Below are positions 1-9,931 of a stretch of 64,000 nucleotides of DNA, one piece after another. Position numbers and translations under genes: made by a program. Below the pieces are notes generated by a model. The model did no database searches, had not been told where the DNA came from, and saw only the letters and a list, made by a program, of their open reading frames with translations. Position 1 is the stretch's first letter. Every line of letters starts with the position of its first letter. Origin of the DNA: a candidate division FCPU426 bacterium (GTDB lineage Bacteria; Oederibacteriota; Muellerivitia; Muellerivitales; Muellerivitaceae); the NCBI GenBank assembly GCA_963771075.1, contig CAVYSE010000024.1, positions 96,001 to 160,000 on the forward strand. Direction: 5' to 3'.

Positions 1-257
1 GTAACCGGGACTTCACCGACATTTTTTATTTCAAATCCGGGTAGTGTGAATTCGTAATGATCTGTTTTCTCGGCTTTGACATAAGTCAGAGTCAGTTTCG
101 GTTTTTTTAATTTTTCTTCGGTTGAATTTCTTCGCTCATCCTCTACTTTCCATCTTTGTCTATTTGCCCACTCACGATACCCTGCCAATAGAAAACTAAG
201 AATTCCCAGTGCAATGCCCCACCAACCTGAAGGGCCCGGAGAATATGGTTCGGGCAT
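1..257 (-). CDS. Hypothetical membrane-anchored protein, partial (runs off window start)
   Basis: Read manually: AAGGAG then ATG at 257, MPEPYSPGPSGWWGIALGILSFLLAGYREW..., open to position 1; N-terminal hydrophobic helix. Not in the ORF track because truncated. Confidence 0.55.
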   Translation of the reverse strand, partial: MPEPYSPGPSGWWGIALGILSFLLAGYREWANRQRWKVEDERRNSTEEKLKKPKLTLTYVKAEKTDHYEFTLPGFEIKNVGEVPV

Positions 258-559
258 TTCATACTCCTTGCGTTATTAAAAAATACTACATTTCTTATTA
301 TCTCATGAAGTTAGTTTGTTTCCTCATTTACCGACCAGCCTTAGCCCTAGGGGGCTTGCCCTCGGACGTAAAAGCACGTCCGGGTCACCAGGCCTCGGAT
401 GCTGTCACTTTGTTTTCGCACTCCGTCGGAAAACTCGAAAACATTTAATGGGCCGATAGTCCGCAGGGCTACCTATCGTCCCCAAATCCATTGGCCGCCC
501 CCCTCCTCGATTGAGGGGGCGGCCTTCCAGCCGCGCTCAATAAAAGCGGAGGTAGGAAG

Positions 560-1051
560 ATGGAAACAAACAGAGCGAAAAAAGAAGAATTGAAATTCGA
601 GTTAAGGGTGTTACCGCCTCCAACGGTTCCCCCGACAACATGGGCCGAAGCGAGGGCAGACTACAAAAGGGGGCCGGTGGTTTCAGGCCCAGAGGATGCC
701 ATTGCCTACTTCCAACAATACATAGGCGGGAAGCCCAAGGAAGCTTTCTTGGCCATGTTCATTGACCACAGAAACCACGTTCTCGATTGCGTTTTGATGC
801 AGGAGGGGACGGTTGACCATACGGCAGTTTACCCAAGGGAAATTCTCAAGAAGGCTTTGGACTTGAACGCAACTGGGCTCATCTTTTCTCATAACCACCC
901 AGCAGGTAGCCTGGAACCCTCCGAGGGGGACAAGGCTTTGACCCGACAAATCCTGACTGCCTCTAGGGCCTTAGGCATTACCGTCCATGACCACATCATC
1001 GTAGCCCACGAGGGCCACTTTTCATTCCGGCAAGCCGGGCTTCTGGTTTGA
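560..1051 (+). CDS. radC: RadC-like JAB/MPN domain protein (short form typical of mobile elements)
   Basis: E..F.A.F.D..N, GTVDHTAVYPREI, HNHPAG...PS..D..LT and HDHII motifs. Confidence 0.9.
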   Translation: METNRAKKEELKFELRVLPPPTVPPTTWAEARADYKRGPVVSGPEDAIAYFQQYIGGKPKEAFLAMFIDHRNHVLDCVLMQEGTVDHTAVYPREILKKALDLNATGLIFSHNHPAGSLEPSEGDKALTRQILTASRALGITVHDHIIVAHEGHFSFRQAGLLV

Positions 1052-1062
1052 GGGGGTTAGGT

Positions 1063-1245
1063 ATGAAATTCCTAAGAGAAGCCGTTACTTGCTTTCATGG
1101 GTGGGATGAGGAAAGGGAGTGGAGGCCTTGCCCCTCCTGTGGAGGATATTGCCCAAGCTGTGGGAGGTGGGGAATGGTCCTCGATTGGCAAACGGGGAAT
1201 TGCTTGGAATGCCAGGAGGTATTCGACTCGGACTACCAGGGATAA
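1063..1245 (+). CDS. Small Cys-rich putative zinc-ribbon protein
   Basis: CPSCGGYCPSC and CLEC; directly follows radC and precedes a terminator. Confidence 0.5.
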   Translation: MKFLREAVTCFHGWDEEREWRPCPSCGGYCPSCGRWGMVLDWQTGNCLECQEVFDSDYQG

Positions 1246-1261
1246 AAATCCAACAAAAATC

Positions 1262-1285
1262 AGGCCCTGTCCCCAGGGCCTTTTT
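1262..1285 (+). terminator. Rho-independent terminator
   Basis: AGGCCCTG-tccc-CAGGGCCT stem followed by a T run. Confidence 0.6.
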
Positions 1286-1389
1286 ACGTCCGGCAGGGAA
1301 GGGGGTGATCCCTCCCCTGCACCCCACCCCTGTTTAATAACGAAAGAAGCATCGAATAAAAATCACATCTGATAAAATGTCACAACAAT

Positions 1390-3477
1390 ATGAGCAAAAA
1401 TATAAAACCAAAATTAATTACGATTGATGAGACTTCGAAGCATTTAGACGAGGTCAAGGAGTTGGGGAGAAAAAATTCCTCTACATTAGGGTTTTTCCCC
1501 GATGGGGCATTTTTGGACCATGCCCATAAAAAAAGAATTTTAGGTGTAACAATTGGAGATGAATTTGCAGGTTATTTGCTTTACAGAGTTTCTAAAAATT
1601 CAGTAAAAATTGTCCATTTGTGCATCAAAGAGAGATTTCGTGGAAAGAATTTGTCTAAGGTACTCATTGACCATCTGAAGGAAGAAACATCAATGTTTCG
1701 AGGAATTAGCCTTAGATGTCGTCGGGATTTTCCTGCGAACAAAATGTGGCCCAAATTAGGTTTTACGGCTGTTAGCGAAAAAGCAGGCCGCAGTTTTGAA
1801 CAAAAGACACTAACCTTTTGGTGGCTCGATCATGGTCATCCAAATTTGTTCACATTCTCTGTTCAAAAGCAAGCAGAAACAAAATGGACGGCGGTCATTG
1901 ATGCGAATATCTTTTTCGACTTGTTTAGCGACGAAAGCGAAGAATCGAAAGCGCTGTTAGCAGATTGGCTTAAGGATGATTTGGAATTGTGTGTAGCTCC
2001 TGAAATTTTTAACGATATTGATCGTTCGGAAAATTCCGAAAATAGAAAAAAGATGAAGGAAGCGGCTAAAAACTTTTCTACCCTACCAGTCTCCAATGAT
2101 TTAATAACCGAGACTCAAAAAAACCTTAAAAAATATTTCCCAAAAGATTTAACAGATAGCGACCATTCAGATATAAACCACCTTAGTCAAGCAATTTGCT
2201 CGGATGCTGATTTTTTTGTTACTAGAGATCAAGTTCTATTGGATAACGCATTAAAAATAAAAGAAGAGTTTCCAATAGAAATTGTTCGTCCGTCAGATTT
2301 AATCATTAAGCTGGACGAACTTTTACACTTGAAAAATTATTACCCTTCGCGCTTGGCTGGAACGAGCTTGAGCACAAAAAGCATTACAAGCGGAGAACAG
2401 GATTCAGTCTTCGGTGAGTTTAGAAACCCAATAGGGGGAGAAACAAAAAGCGATTTTCTACAAAAGCTTAGGAAATATTTAGCAGATCCGCAGACCTTTA
2501 GGTGTTCAATCGTCCAGGATGGCTTAAAACCTTTAGCCTTTTTTGTTTTAGACAGATCCGAAAAAAATAAACTAATAATTCGGTTTTTGAGATGCAAACA
2601 AAACAATCTTTCTTTGACTCTGTTGCGCCATCTTTTGTTTCATTTTTTGAAAATTTGCGTGAATGAAAAACGGGCTTGTCTTGTGATTTCGGACAACCAT
2701 TTATCGGGGTATGTCGAAAGAGAGTTGTTGAAAGATAAGTTCATAAAGCATGGACCCGATTGGCACAAGTTTCTCTTTGACTTTATCGGCGATCATAAAC
2801 AGATAAATAATAAATTGAAAACTCTCATCTCTTCTGGGGTGATTGATCGAAAAATATTTAAGGATCACATCTCTGTTTTGAAAAGAAAAAATATTTTCAA
2901 AGATAATCGGTCGATAAATGAGCTCCAAAAATTATTTTGGCCATTAAAAATTGAGAGTAAAGACTCCAACATTTATTTGGTACCCATTAGGCCGAGATGG
3001 GCCAAGGATTTATTTGACGAAAATATCGCTAGTGAAGATCTCTTTGGCGCCAAAAAGGAATTGGCTCTAAGTCGAGAGCAAGTTTATTATCGCTCTGCTC
3101 GGCCTTCGGGGATTAAAGCTCCTGGTGGCATTTTGTGGTACGTGAGTGAAGACAAAGGCTATAGTGGCACAAGTTGCATAAGGGCATTTTCAATTCTTGA
3201 TTCTGTGGAAATTTCAAAGCCCAAAGACCTTTTTAAAAAATATGAAAGACTTGGGATTTACAGTTGGAAAGATGTTTTTAAAACTGCGAAAGCAAATATT
3301 GGGAATGATATTATGGCCATTAAATTTTCTGAAACAGAGCTTTTTAAAAACCCCATCTCGATGAAAGATCTTTCAAAAATTCTTTCGCGAAGGGGCAAAG
3401 GGCTTCTGTTACAGTCACCACTTAAAGTTACGAACGATGTCTTTTTGGAAATTTATAAACTAGGGTGTGGAGAATGA
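1390..3477 (+). CDS. GNAT acetyltransferase-PIN nuclease fusion with C-terminal PUA-like (EVE/ASCH-type) region
   Basis: N-terminal GNAT motif A (HLCIKERFRGKNLSK..., ANKMWPKLGF); PIN acidic motifs (VIDANIFFD, SDINH, DFFVTRD); C-terminal LVPIRPRWAKDLF...REQVYYRS...ILWYVS. Confidence 0.8.
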   Translation: MSKNIKPKLITIDETSKHLDEVKELGRKNSSTLGFFPDGAFLDHAHKKRILGVTIGDEFAGYLLYRVSKNSVKIVHLCIKERFRGKNLSKVLIDHLKEETSMFRGISLRCRRDFPANKMWPKLGFTAVSEKAGRSFEQKTLTFWWLDHGHPNLFTFSVQKQAETKWTAVIDANIFFDLFSDESEESKALLADWLKDDLELCVAPEIFNDIDRSENSENRKKMKEAAKNFSTLPVSNDLITETQKNLKKYFPKDLTDSDHSDINHLSQAICSDADFFVTRDQVLLDNALKIKEEFPIEIVRPSDLIIKLDELLHLKNYYPSRLAGTSLSTKSITSGEQDSVFGEFRNPIGGETKSDFLQKLRKYLADPQTFRCSIVQDGLKPLAFFVLDRSEKNKLIIRFLRCKQNNLSLTLLRHLLFHFLKICVNEKRACLVISDNHLSGYVERELLKDKFIKHGPDWHKFLFDFIGDHKQINNKLKTLISSGVIDRKIFKDHISVLKRKNIFKDNRSINELQKLFWPLKIESKDSNIYLVPIRPRWAKDLFDENIASEDLFGAKKELALSREQVYYRSARPSGIKAPGGILWYVSEDKGYSGTSCIRAFSILDSVEISKPKDLFKKYERLGIYSWKDVFKTAKANIGNDIMAIKFSETELFKNPISMKDLSKILSRRGKGLLLQSPLKVTNDVFLEIYKLGCGE

Positions 3478-3968
3478 TCAGCAAGGCAAGTAAAGAAAAA
3501 GTTCTGCTCTTATCCATAAAGCCAGAGTATGCGAACAAAATATTTTCTGGCGAAAAGACAGTAGAACTGAGGAGGACAAAGCCGAATCTTAAAAGAGGGG
3601 ACATCGTGGCAGTTTATGTTTCGTCTCCAATAATGGCTTTGTCAGGGCAATTTGAAGTTGATGAAGTATTGGAACGGAAACCGGAAAAATTATGGTCGGA
3701 AGTAGGAGAAGAGTCGGGGATAAAGAAAAATGAGTTTGAAAATTATTATCGCGGTGCTGAAATTGGCTTTGGTATAAAAATTAAAAAGGTAGTAAATTTT
3801 AAACGCCCTGTCCCACTGTCCAACTTGAGAAAAACCTGGACCGGATTTAATCCCCCCCAAATTTATAGATATTTGCCCCAAGGTGAATACAACCAAGTGC
3901 TTTCATGGAGAAATATTTTTCCGTTTAAAATTCGACGAGTTGGAAATTACTTAACTACGTTCTTTTAA
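3474..3968 (+). CDS. ASCH domain protein
   Basis: LLSIKPEYANKIFSGEKTVELRR signature; ATGA overlap with the upstream stop codon. Confidence 0.85.
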   Translation: MISKASKEKVLLLSIKPEYANKIFSGEKTVELRRTKPNLKRGDIVAVYVSSPIMALSGQFEVDEVLERKPEKLWSEVGEESGIKKNEFENYYRGAEIGFGIKIKKVVNFKRPVPLSNLRKTWTGFNPPQIYRYLPQGEYNQVLSWRNIFPFKIRRVGNYLTTFF

Positions 3969-3990
3969 ATAATTGAAAAAAAGGGAATAA

Positions 3991-5994
3991 ATGGCCGAAC
4001 TAATTTGGGATGGGAAATATAAAGACGGGAAAAAAGTAGCCCCTGTCCGCATTGCCTTGCCTTTTCAAACCATTGAAACCGTAAACGAAAGCACTCAAGA
4101 CCGCCAAAAATCGCTTGATATGTTTTCGAGTGGCAGGGATTCAAACTGGAAAAATCGCCTGATTTGGGGTGATAAAAAATATGTCCTCCCATCCCTTCTC
4201 GAAGAATTTGCTGGCAAGATAAATCTCATTTATATCGATCCACCTTTTAATGTTGGAGCCGATTTTTCATTTGAAGCGACAATACCTGATGAGCCTGAAT
4301 CTGAAAACGAAGAAGTAACAACCTTTGAAAAGACTCCTAATGTTATTGAAATGAAGGCATATCGAGACACTTGGGGTAAAGGCCTTGATTCATATTGTCA
4401 GTGGTTTTACGAGACGGTTCTTATGCTTCAGGAGTTATTAAGCGAAAAAGGGATGATATTCGTCCATTTGGATTGGCATGTGAGCTATTACGCAAAGGCA
4501 ATTTTAGATGAGGTTTTTGGAGAAGATAAGTTTGTGAACGAAGTAGTTTGGAAAAGACAAACTGCAAAAGGGGACGTGGCACAAGGTTCTCAACATATGG
4601 GTCGAATTCACGAGAGTATTTTCGTTTATTCAAAATCACCAAGCTACACATGGAATATGGAATATACCCCATATGAACAAAAGTATATCGATTCTTTTTA
4701 CCGTTATAAAGAATCTGATGGAAGACGGTATCAACTAAGTGATGTAACTGCCCCAGGCAAAGGAAAGGCATCAAAAGGAAATCCATCGTATGAATTTTTA
4801 GGCGTAACTAGATATTGGCGTTTCTCGAAGGAAAATATGAACGAGCTATATAAGCAAGGGAAAATCGTTCAAACGTCGCCGGGCACTGTTCCACGTCAAA
4901 AAAGATATCTGGACGAAATGCAGGGAGTTCCTCTTCAAGATATTTGGTTGGATGTTCAACACGTTCAAGCCCAATCAACCGAAGGTTTGGGGTACGACAC
5001 ACAAAAACCAGAAATTCTTTTAGAACGTATTGTTAAACTTGCAAGCAATGAAGAAGACATAGTTTTGGACTGTTTTGCAGGAAGTGGGACAACCGCAGCG
5101 GTTGCTGAAAAACTTAAGAGGCGATGGATTACGTGTGACCTGGGCCGTTATTCAATTCATACGGCCCGAAAACGACTTCTTTCTATTCCAGGAGTAAACC
5201 CGTTTGTAATTCAAAACCTTGGAAAGTATGAAAGGCAAGCTTGGCAAATTGCTGAATTTCCTGAACTGGATAAGCAAGTCGAAAAAGAATTAAAATATCG
5301 GAAATTCATTTTGAACTTATACAAAGCAGAACCTATGACGGGGTTCACTTGGCTTCATGGGACCAAGAAAGACCGAATGATTCATGTGGGGGCGGTGGAT
5401 TCCCCGGTTACACTGGCTGATGTAAAAGCAATTGCAGCTGAAACCTGGAAAGCAGTTGGTAAAGGTAAAGATTCCCCCAAAAAAGCTGCGGTGGACATCC
5501 TTGGGTGGGACTTCGCTTTGGAAGTGAATGAAATCTCTAAGCAGATAGCCGCCGAATCCGGGGTGGAAGTTCATTTCAAAGTCATTCCTCGTGAAGTTCT
5601 TGAGAAAAAAGCCGTTGAACAAGGCGATATCAAGTTTTTTGAATTGGCTTCCTTGGCCGTGGATATCAAAGCAACCGGGTTAGAAGTGACAGCCAGTCTT
5701 AAAGATTTTGTCATTCCTCCTAATGATGTTCCTGCGGAAATTCAAAAAGAAATCAAACATTATTCTCAGTGGGTAGATTATTGGGCGATTGATTGGGATT
5801 ACAAAAGTGACACCTTCCACAACGAATGGCAAAGCTACCGCTCCCGCCAAAACCAAGACCTCGAACTCACCACCAATCACACTTACGAAACGCCGGGGGA
5901 ATACCAAGTGGTGGTGAAGGTGATTGATATTCTTGGCAACGATACAACTAAACTTTTAAAGATCAAGGTAGCGGATGCCAAAAAGAAAAAGTAA
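3991..5994 (+). CDS. mod: Type III R-M DNA methyltransferase (Mod, beta class)
   Basis: LIYIDPPF catalytic motif precedes LDCFAGSGTT SAM-binding motif; TQKPE; paired with a helicase-nuclease gene. Confidence 0.88.
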   Translation: MAELIWDGKYKDGKKVAPVRIALPFQTIETVNESTQDRQKSLDMFSSGRDSNWKNRLIWGDKKYVLPSLLEEFAGKINLIYIDPPFNVGADFSFEATIPDEPESENEEVTTFEKTPNVIEMKAYRDTWGKGLDSYCQWFYETVLMLQELLSEKGMIFVHLDWHVSYYAKAILDEVFGEDKFVNEVVWKRQTAKGDVAQGSQHMGRIHESIFVYSKSPSYTWNMEYTPYEQKYIDSFYRYKESDGRRYQLSDVTAPGKGKASKGNPSYEFLGVTRYWRFSKENMNELYKQGKIVQTSPGTVPRQKRYLDEMQGVPLQDIWLDVQHVQAQSTEGLGYDTQKPEILLERIVKLASNEEDIVLDCFAGSGTTAAVAEKLKRRWITCDLGRYSIHTARKRLLSIPGVNPFVIQNLGKYERQAWQIAEFPELDKQVEKELKYRKFILNLYKAEPMTGFTWLHGTKKDRMIHVGAVDSPVTLADVKAIAAETWKAVGKGKDSPKKAAVDILGWDFALEVNEISKQIAAESGVEVHFKVIPREVLEKKAVEQGDIKFFELASLAVDIKATGLEVTASLKDFVIPPNDVPAEIQKEIKHYSQWVDYWAIDWDYKSDTFHNEWQSYRSRQNQDLELTTNHTYETPGEYQVVVKVIDILGNDTTKLLKIKVADAKKKK

Positions 5995-8548
5995 TCCAAA
6001 AACAAAGGCGAAAAAAGCTCACGCGGATTTACTTGATATCACGGGCAAGTTAAAGACCGCTCCCTGTGTTCCGGCCTTGAGAGAAGCAGTTAAAGCTTGG
6101 AGAGTTGGGGGTTACAAAGGCACGACTGAAACCACTCGACGGCTTCTTAGTTTTTGGTTTCAAAACGACCATAAGCTTTCCAATGGGAAAAAATTTGAAT
6201 ATCACTCCTCCCAACGGGAGGCTATCGAAACCCTGATTTTCGTTTGGGAATATGAGAAAGTTCGAACCCGCAAGGCTCTTTTAGAACGATACGCCACCAG
6301 TATCAAAAATCTTCGCCTACCTACCTATGATGAATTCGCTCGTTACTGCATCAAAATGGCGACGGGTTCCGGGAAAACCAAAGTCATGTCTTTGGTGGTG
6401 GCTTGGCAGTTCTTCAACTCGCAATGCGAGGAACCAGCTGAGGCCAAGCAATATGCCAAGACCTTCCTTCTGGTCGCGCCTAACGTCATTGTCTTTGAAC
6501 GCCTCAAGACCGATTTTGAGGGCGGAAGAATATTCAGGGCAGACCCCATCATTCCCCGGTTTTTTGAAATCTTTTGGGATTTTGATTGCGTCATGCGGGG
6601 TGACGGACAGAAAGCCCACAGTGAAGGGGTATTATTTCTCACGAATATCCAGCAGTTCTATGAACGGATGCAAAACGTCAAGTACACTGAGCCTGATGAA
6701 ATGACGGCGGTTTTAGGAACGAAGCCATCATTGACGAAATTAGAAGTTTCTGATTTCTCGGATCGAATCGGTCTACGGGCTGGAAATCTAGTAGTGATCA
6801 ACGACGAAGCCCACCATACACATGACGAAGAAAGCGAATGGAATAAAATCATCCGCAAGTTCCATTTAAAAACGCAGCTCTCGATGCAGGTTGATTTTTC
6901 GGCCACTCCTCGTTTTCAAAAGGGCCAGCTTTTCCCCTGGGTCATCTCGGACTACCCTTTGAAACAAGCCATATTGGACGGCATTGTGAAACGTCCGGTA
7001 AAGGGGATTGCCCGAATACCAGAAGCGAAATCAAAAACAGCTAGCGTTAAATATAAAGGCTTTTTGATCGCCGGGGTTGAACGCTGGCGGGAATACAAGG
7101 AACAATTAACCCCCCTGAAAAAGAAACCTATTCTTTTCATCATGATGAACGATACAAGTGAGGCGGACGATGTAGGCGATTGGCTTCAAACCAAGTATCC
7201 AAAAGAATTTGGAGGAGATGGAACACTGGTGATTCATACGGATAAGTCGGGCGAAGTTTCTAAGGCCGATTTAGACAAGGCCCGTGGAATTGCCCGTGAT
7301 GTGGATAACGATAAAAGCCCGGTGAATGTGATCGTAAGCGTTTTGATGCTTAGAGAGGGTTGGGATGTGCAGAACGTCACGGTCGTTGTGGGTCTTCGCC
7401 CCTATACCTCGAAGGCGAACATTCTTCCCGAACAGACTATTGGTCGCGGCCTTCGGTTGATGTTTCGCGGCATGGGTTCCGGTTATACGGAGCGGGTGGA
7501 TGTCATCGGCAATAACGCCTTCATTAAGTTTGTTGAGTATCTGGAAAAGGACGAAGACCTACAACTGGATACCTTTGACGTAGGGAAAGACCAGTTAAAA
7601 ATAGTTTCGATTTGGCCCGACCCCGCCAAAAAGATATTTGATATTGGGTTGCCCATTATTTCTCCTGTGATGGTACGTAAAAAAAGTCTTTCCGAAGAAA
7701 TCGCCGAGCTGGATGTAATGGGCTTTCAAACTCCGAAGCTGCCTATTAAAAAAGGCGATGCTCAGGAAACATCCTTTAAGTACGAGGGCTTTGATTACAT
7801 TACTTTGGTGAAGGAAATCGAACGGGAATATAAAATCACCGACCCGCAAACACCCCAAGAAGTAATTGGATACTATGCCCGCCAGATTTCACAGGAAGTC
7901 AAACTGCCTTCCCAATTTGCCGCTTTGGTACCAAGAATTACGGAATTTTTTCAGAAGAAAGCTTTTGGGCGGGAAGTCAATTTGGATGACCCGGAAATCC
8001 TAAAAGCGATGGGCACCAATGTGGCCCAATACGTTTGTGTAAATGCTTTCAAGAAAGAATTACAAAGCAAAATTGTTGCTGAACAAACCCCTAAAATAGA
8101 AGGGGCGGATCGCCTTTTATCAACTTTAGATCCACCTTTTCCGTGGGGAAGGCCGATTTTGGAAAGTAAAAAAACTATTTTGAATTTGGTTCCTTGCGAC
8201 AATGAATTCGAGCGTGATTTCGCCAAATTTTTGGATAAAGCGGAAGACGTGATGAAGTTTTCTAAGATTCCTCAAAGCTTCGGCTTTTCTATCGACTACG
8301 TTGATGGCAACTACAACCAGAGAAGCTATCACCCCGACTTTGTGGCAGTTGCTGAAGACGGGACTAACTGGCTTTTGGAAACGAAAGGCCAGGAGGGTGA
8401 GGAAACCCAATTCAAGGATGCGGCGGCGGAAAGATGGTGCGAAAACGCGACAGGTCTTACAAAAAAGACATGGCGATATAAGAAGATTCCGCAAAAGAAA
8501 TTTAACGAATTACAACCCACCTCATTATCTGATTTAATCGTTTTATAA
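5975..8548 (+). CDS. res: Type III restriction endonuclease (Res; SF2 helicase plus PD-(D/E)xK nuclease)
   Basis: MATGSGKT Walker A, DEAHH, SATP, LREGWD, QTIGRGLR, C-terminal YHPDF...LETKG. Confidence 0.88.
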   Translation: MPKRKSNPKTKAKKAHADLLDITGKLKTAPCVPALREAVKAWRVGGYKGTTETTRRLLSFWFQNDHKLSNGKKFEYHSSQREAIETLIFVWEYEKVRTRKALLERYATSIKNLRLPTYDEFARYCIKMATGSGKTKVMSLVVAWQFFNSQCEEPAEAKQYAKTFLLVAPNVIVFERLKTDFEGGRIFRADPIIPRFFEIFWDFDCVMRGDGQKAHSEGVLFLTNIQQFYERMQNVKYTEPDEMTAVLGTKPSLTKLEVSDFSDRIGLRAGNLVVINDEAHHTHDEESEWNKIIRKFHLKTQLSMQVDFSATPRFQKGQLFPWVISDYPLKQAILDGIVKRPVKGIARIPEAKSKTASVKYKGFLIAGVERWREYKEQLTPLKKKPILFIMMNDTSEADDVGDWLQTKYPKEFGGDGTLVIHTDKSGEVSKADLDKARGIARDVDNDKSPVNVIVSVLMLREGWDVQNVTVVVGLRPYTSKANILPEQTIGRGLRLMFRGMGSGYTERVDVIGNNAFIKFVEYLEKDEDLQLDTFDVGKDQLKIVSIWPDPAKKIFDIGLPIISPVMVRKKSLSEEIAELDVMGFQTPKLPIKKGDAQETSFKYEGFDYITLVKEIEREYKITDPQTPQEVIGYYARQISQEVKLPSQFAALVPRITEFFQKKAFGREVNLDDPEILKAMGTNVAQYVCVNAFKKELQSKIVAEQTPKIEGADRLLSTLDPPFPWGRPILESKKTILNLVPCDNEFERDFAKFLDKAEDVMKFSKIPQSFGFSIDYVDGNYNQRSYHPDFVAVAEDGTNWLLETKGQEGEETQFKDAAAERWCENATGLTKKTWRYKKIPQKKFNELQPTSLSDLIVL

Positions 8549-8594
8549 AATCTTCGATTCAGATGACCACAAAATACTGATAGGTTCATTTCCA

Positions 8595-9314
8595 ATGCGT
8601 TGTATTTTTTGCAAAAAACCTTCGGGAACTTCTAAGGCTGTTGAGCACATAGTGCCCGAATCGCTCGGGAATCTACACCATGTTCTGCCGAAAGGTTTTG
8701 TTTGTGATAGTTGTAATCAATACTTCGCAAGAAAAATTGAACGGCCCTTGCTTGAGTCCGGGGTTTTTAAATTCATACGTGCAGATCGCATTATCCCGAA
8801 TAAAAAAGGAAGGATTCCACAATTTGATATTTGCGAAAGTGGTTCAATGCCCGATGTTCGAATAATGAGCAGATTCATCGGGAAAGTTGGTTTAGAAATA
8901 TTGGCCCAAAGAATTCAAAATATTGAAAACTGGAATAGAGATTTAGTAGAAAAGGAAGAGCTTGATGTTCTCCGTCAATATGTTCGTTTCAATCAGGGTG
9001 GTAATTGGCCTTTTTATTGTCGGACACTATATCCAGTGAATACGGTTTTTACAGAACAAGAAGAGATGTACGAAACACTTCACGAGTATGATTTGCTTTA
9101 TACAAAGCGAAACGAATTATACGTCGTAATTATTCTGTTTGGGGTTGAGTATTCCTTGAATATGGGCGGCCCCGAGTTGGAAGGTTATGAAGAATGGCTA
9201 AAGGAAAATAATAGTGAAAGCCATTTGTATATTGGAAAAAATTCAGAACCAAAAAAGTTCAAAGAATACTTCTTTACGGAAAGCCTGATTTCGAAGTGGA
9301 TGAACAAGGGCTGA
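8595..9314 (+). CDS. HNH endonuclease domain protein
   Basis: CIFC...EHIVPESLG...VCDSCN zinc-binding HNH pattern. Confidence 0.75.
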   Translation: MRCIFCKKPSGTSKAVEHIVPESLGNLHHVLPKGFVCDSCNQYFARKIERPLLESGVFKFIRADRIIPNKKGRIPQFDICESGSMPDVRIMSRFIGKVGLEILAQRIQNIENWNRDLVEKEELDVLRQYVRFNQGGNWPFYCRTLYPVNTVFTEQEEMYETLHEYDLLYTKRNELYVVIILFGVEYSLNMGGPELEGYEEWLKENNSESHLYIGKNSEPKKFKEYFFTESLISKWMNKG

Positions 9315-9494
9315 AAATCATTTTCTTTTCATTCTTGATCTTTTGATTTAATTATTTTTTTAAAGTATGCCTTTTAATTAGGCCCTCCTTTTAAAGCTGA
9401 TAAATCCCAAAAATTTAATGAAGTCTTTTAGAATAAACGGCATACCTTAATCGGTTGATTGTTTTTGACGTTTTTTCAAAGGAGGATTATAGAT

Positions 9495-9737
9495 ATGACC
9501 ATGAAAAAGAAACCGGGCCGCGGGCGTCCAAAGTTGGAAGAAGTTGGTGGAGTGAGGCTGATGGTTCACGTCACCGAAGAGATGCTGGCGGCCATGAACG
9601 AAAGGGCGAGAGTAGAACATTTAAAAGACCCGAAGATTAAAAGAGCTGACCTGATTAGGTTTGCTTTGGCGGCATACTTCTTCCCGCCGGGGAAAAGAAG
9701 AAGACCAGATCAAAAAAGGGAACCGACCAAGGAGTAG
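9495..9737 (+). CDS. Small ribbon-helix-helix-like DNA-binding protein
   Basis: AAGGAGG RBS; KKPGRGRPK followed by strand-helix-helix (RADLIRFAL). Confidence 0.55.
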   Translation: MTMKKKPGRGRPKLEEVGGVRLMVHVTEEMLAAMNERARVEHLKDPKIKRADLIRFALAAYFFPPGKRRRPDQKREPTKE

Positions 9738-9796
9738 CTTGGCGGGATACCGCCTGGTTTGTTGTTCCGAGGGGTTTCCGGAAAGCCAGGTGCGGT

Positions 9797-9916
9797 ATTC
9801 CGGCGGGCGATTACACCCTGAAGGCCTGCAACGGTAAGCTCGTTTCCACCGACCAGAAGGTCACGGTGGCCGCCGACGGGACCGTCAGCGCCGATATCGA
9901 CATCCACAAAAAGTAA
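9797..9916 (+). pseudogene. 3' remnant of a carboxypeptidase-regulatory-like (Ig-like) domain gene
   Basis: Reads IPAGDYTLKACNGKLVSTDQKVTVAADGTVSADIDIHKK* with GC-rich host-like codon usage and no start; stop lies just before the RBS of the next gene. Confidence 0.5.
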
Positions 9917-9931
9917 CCCAAGGAGATTTCC

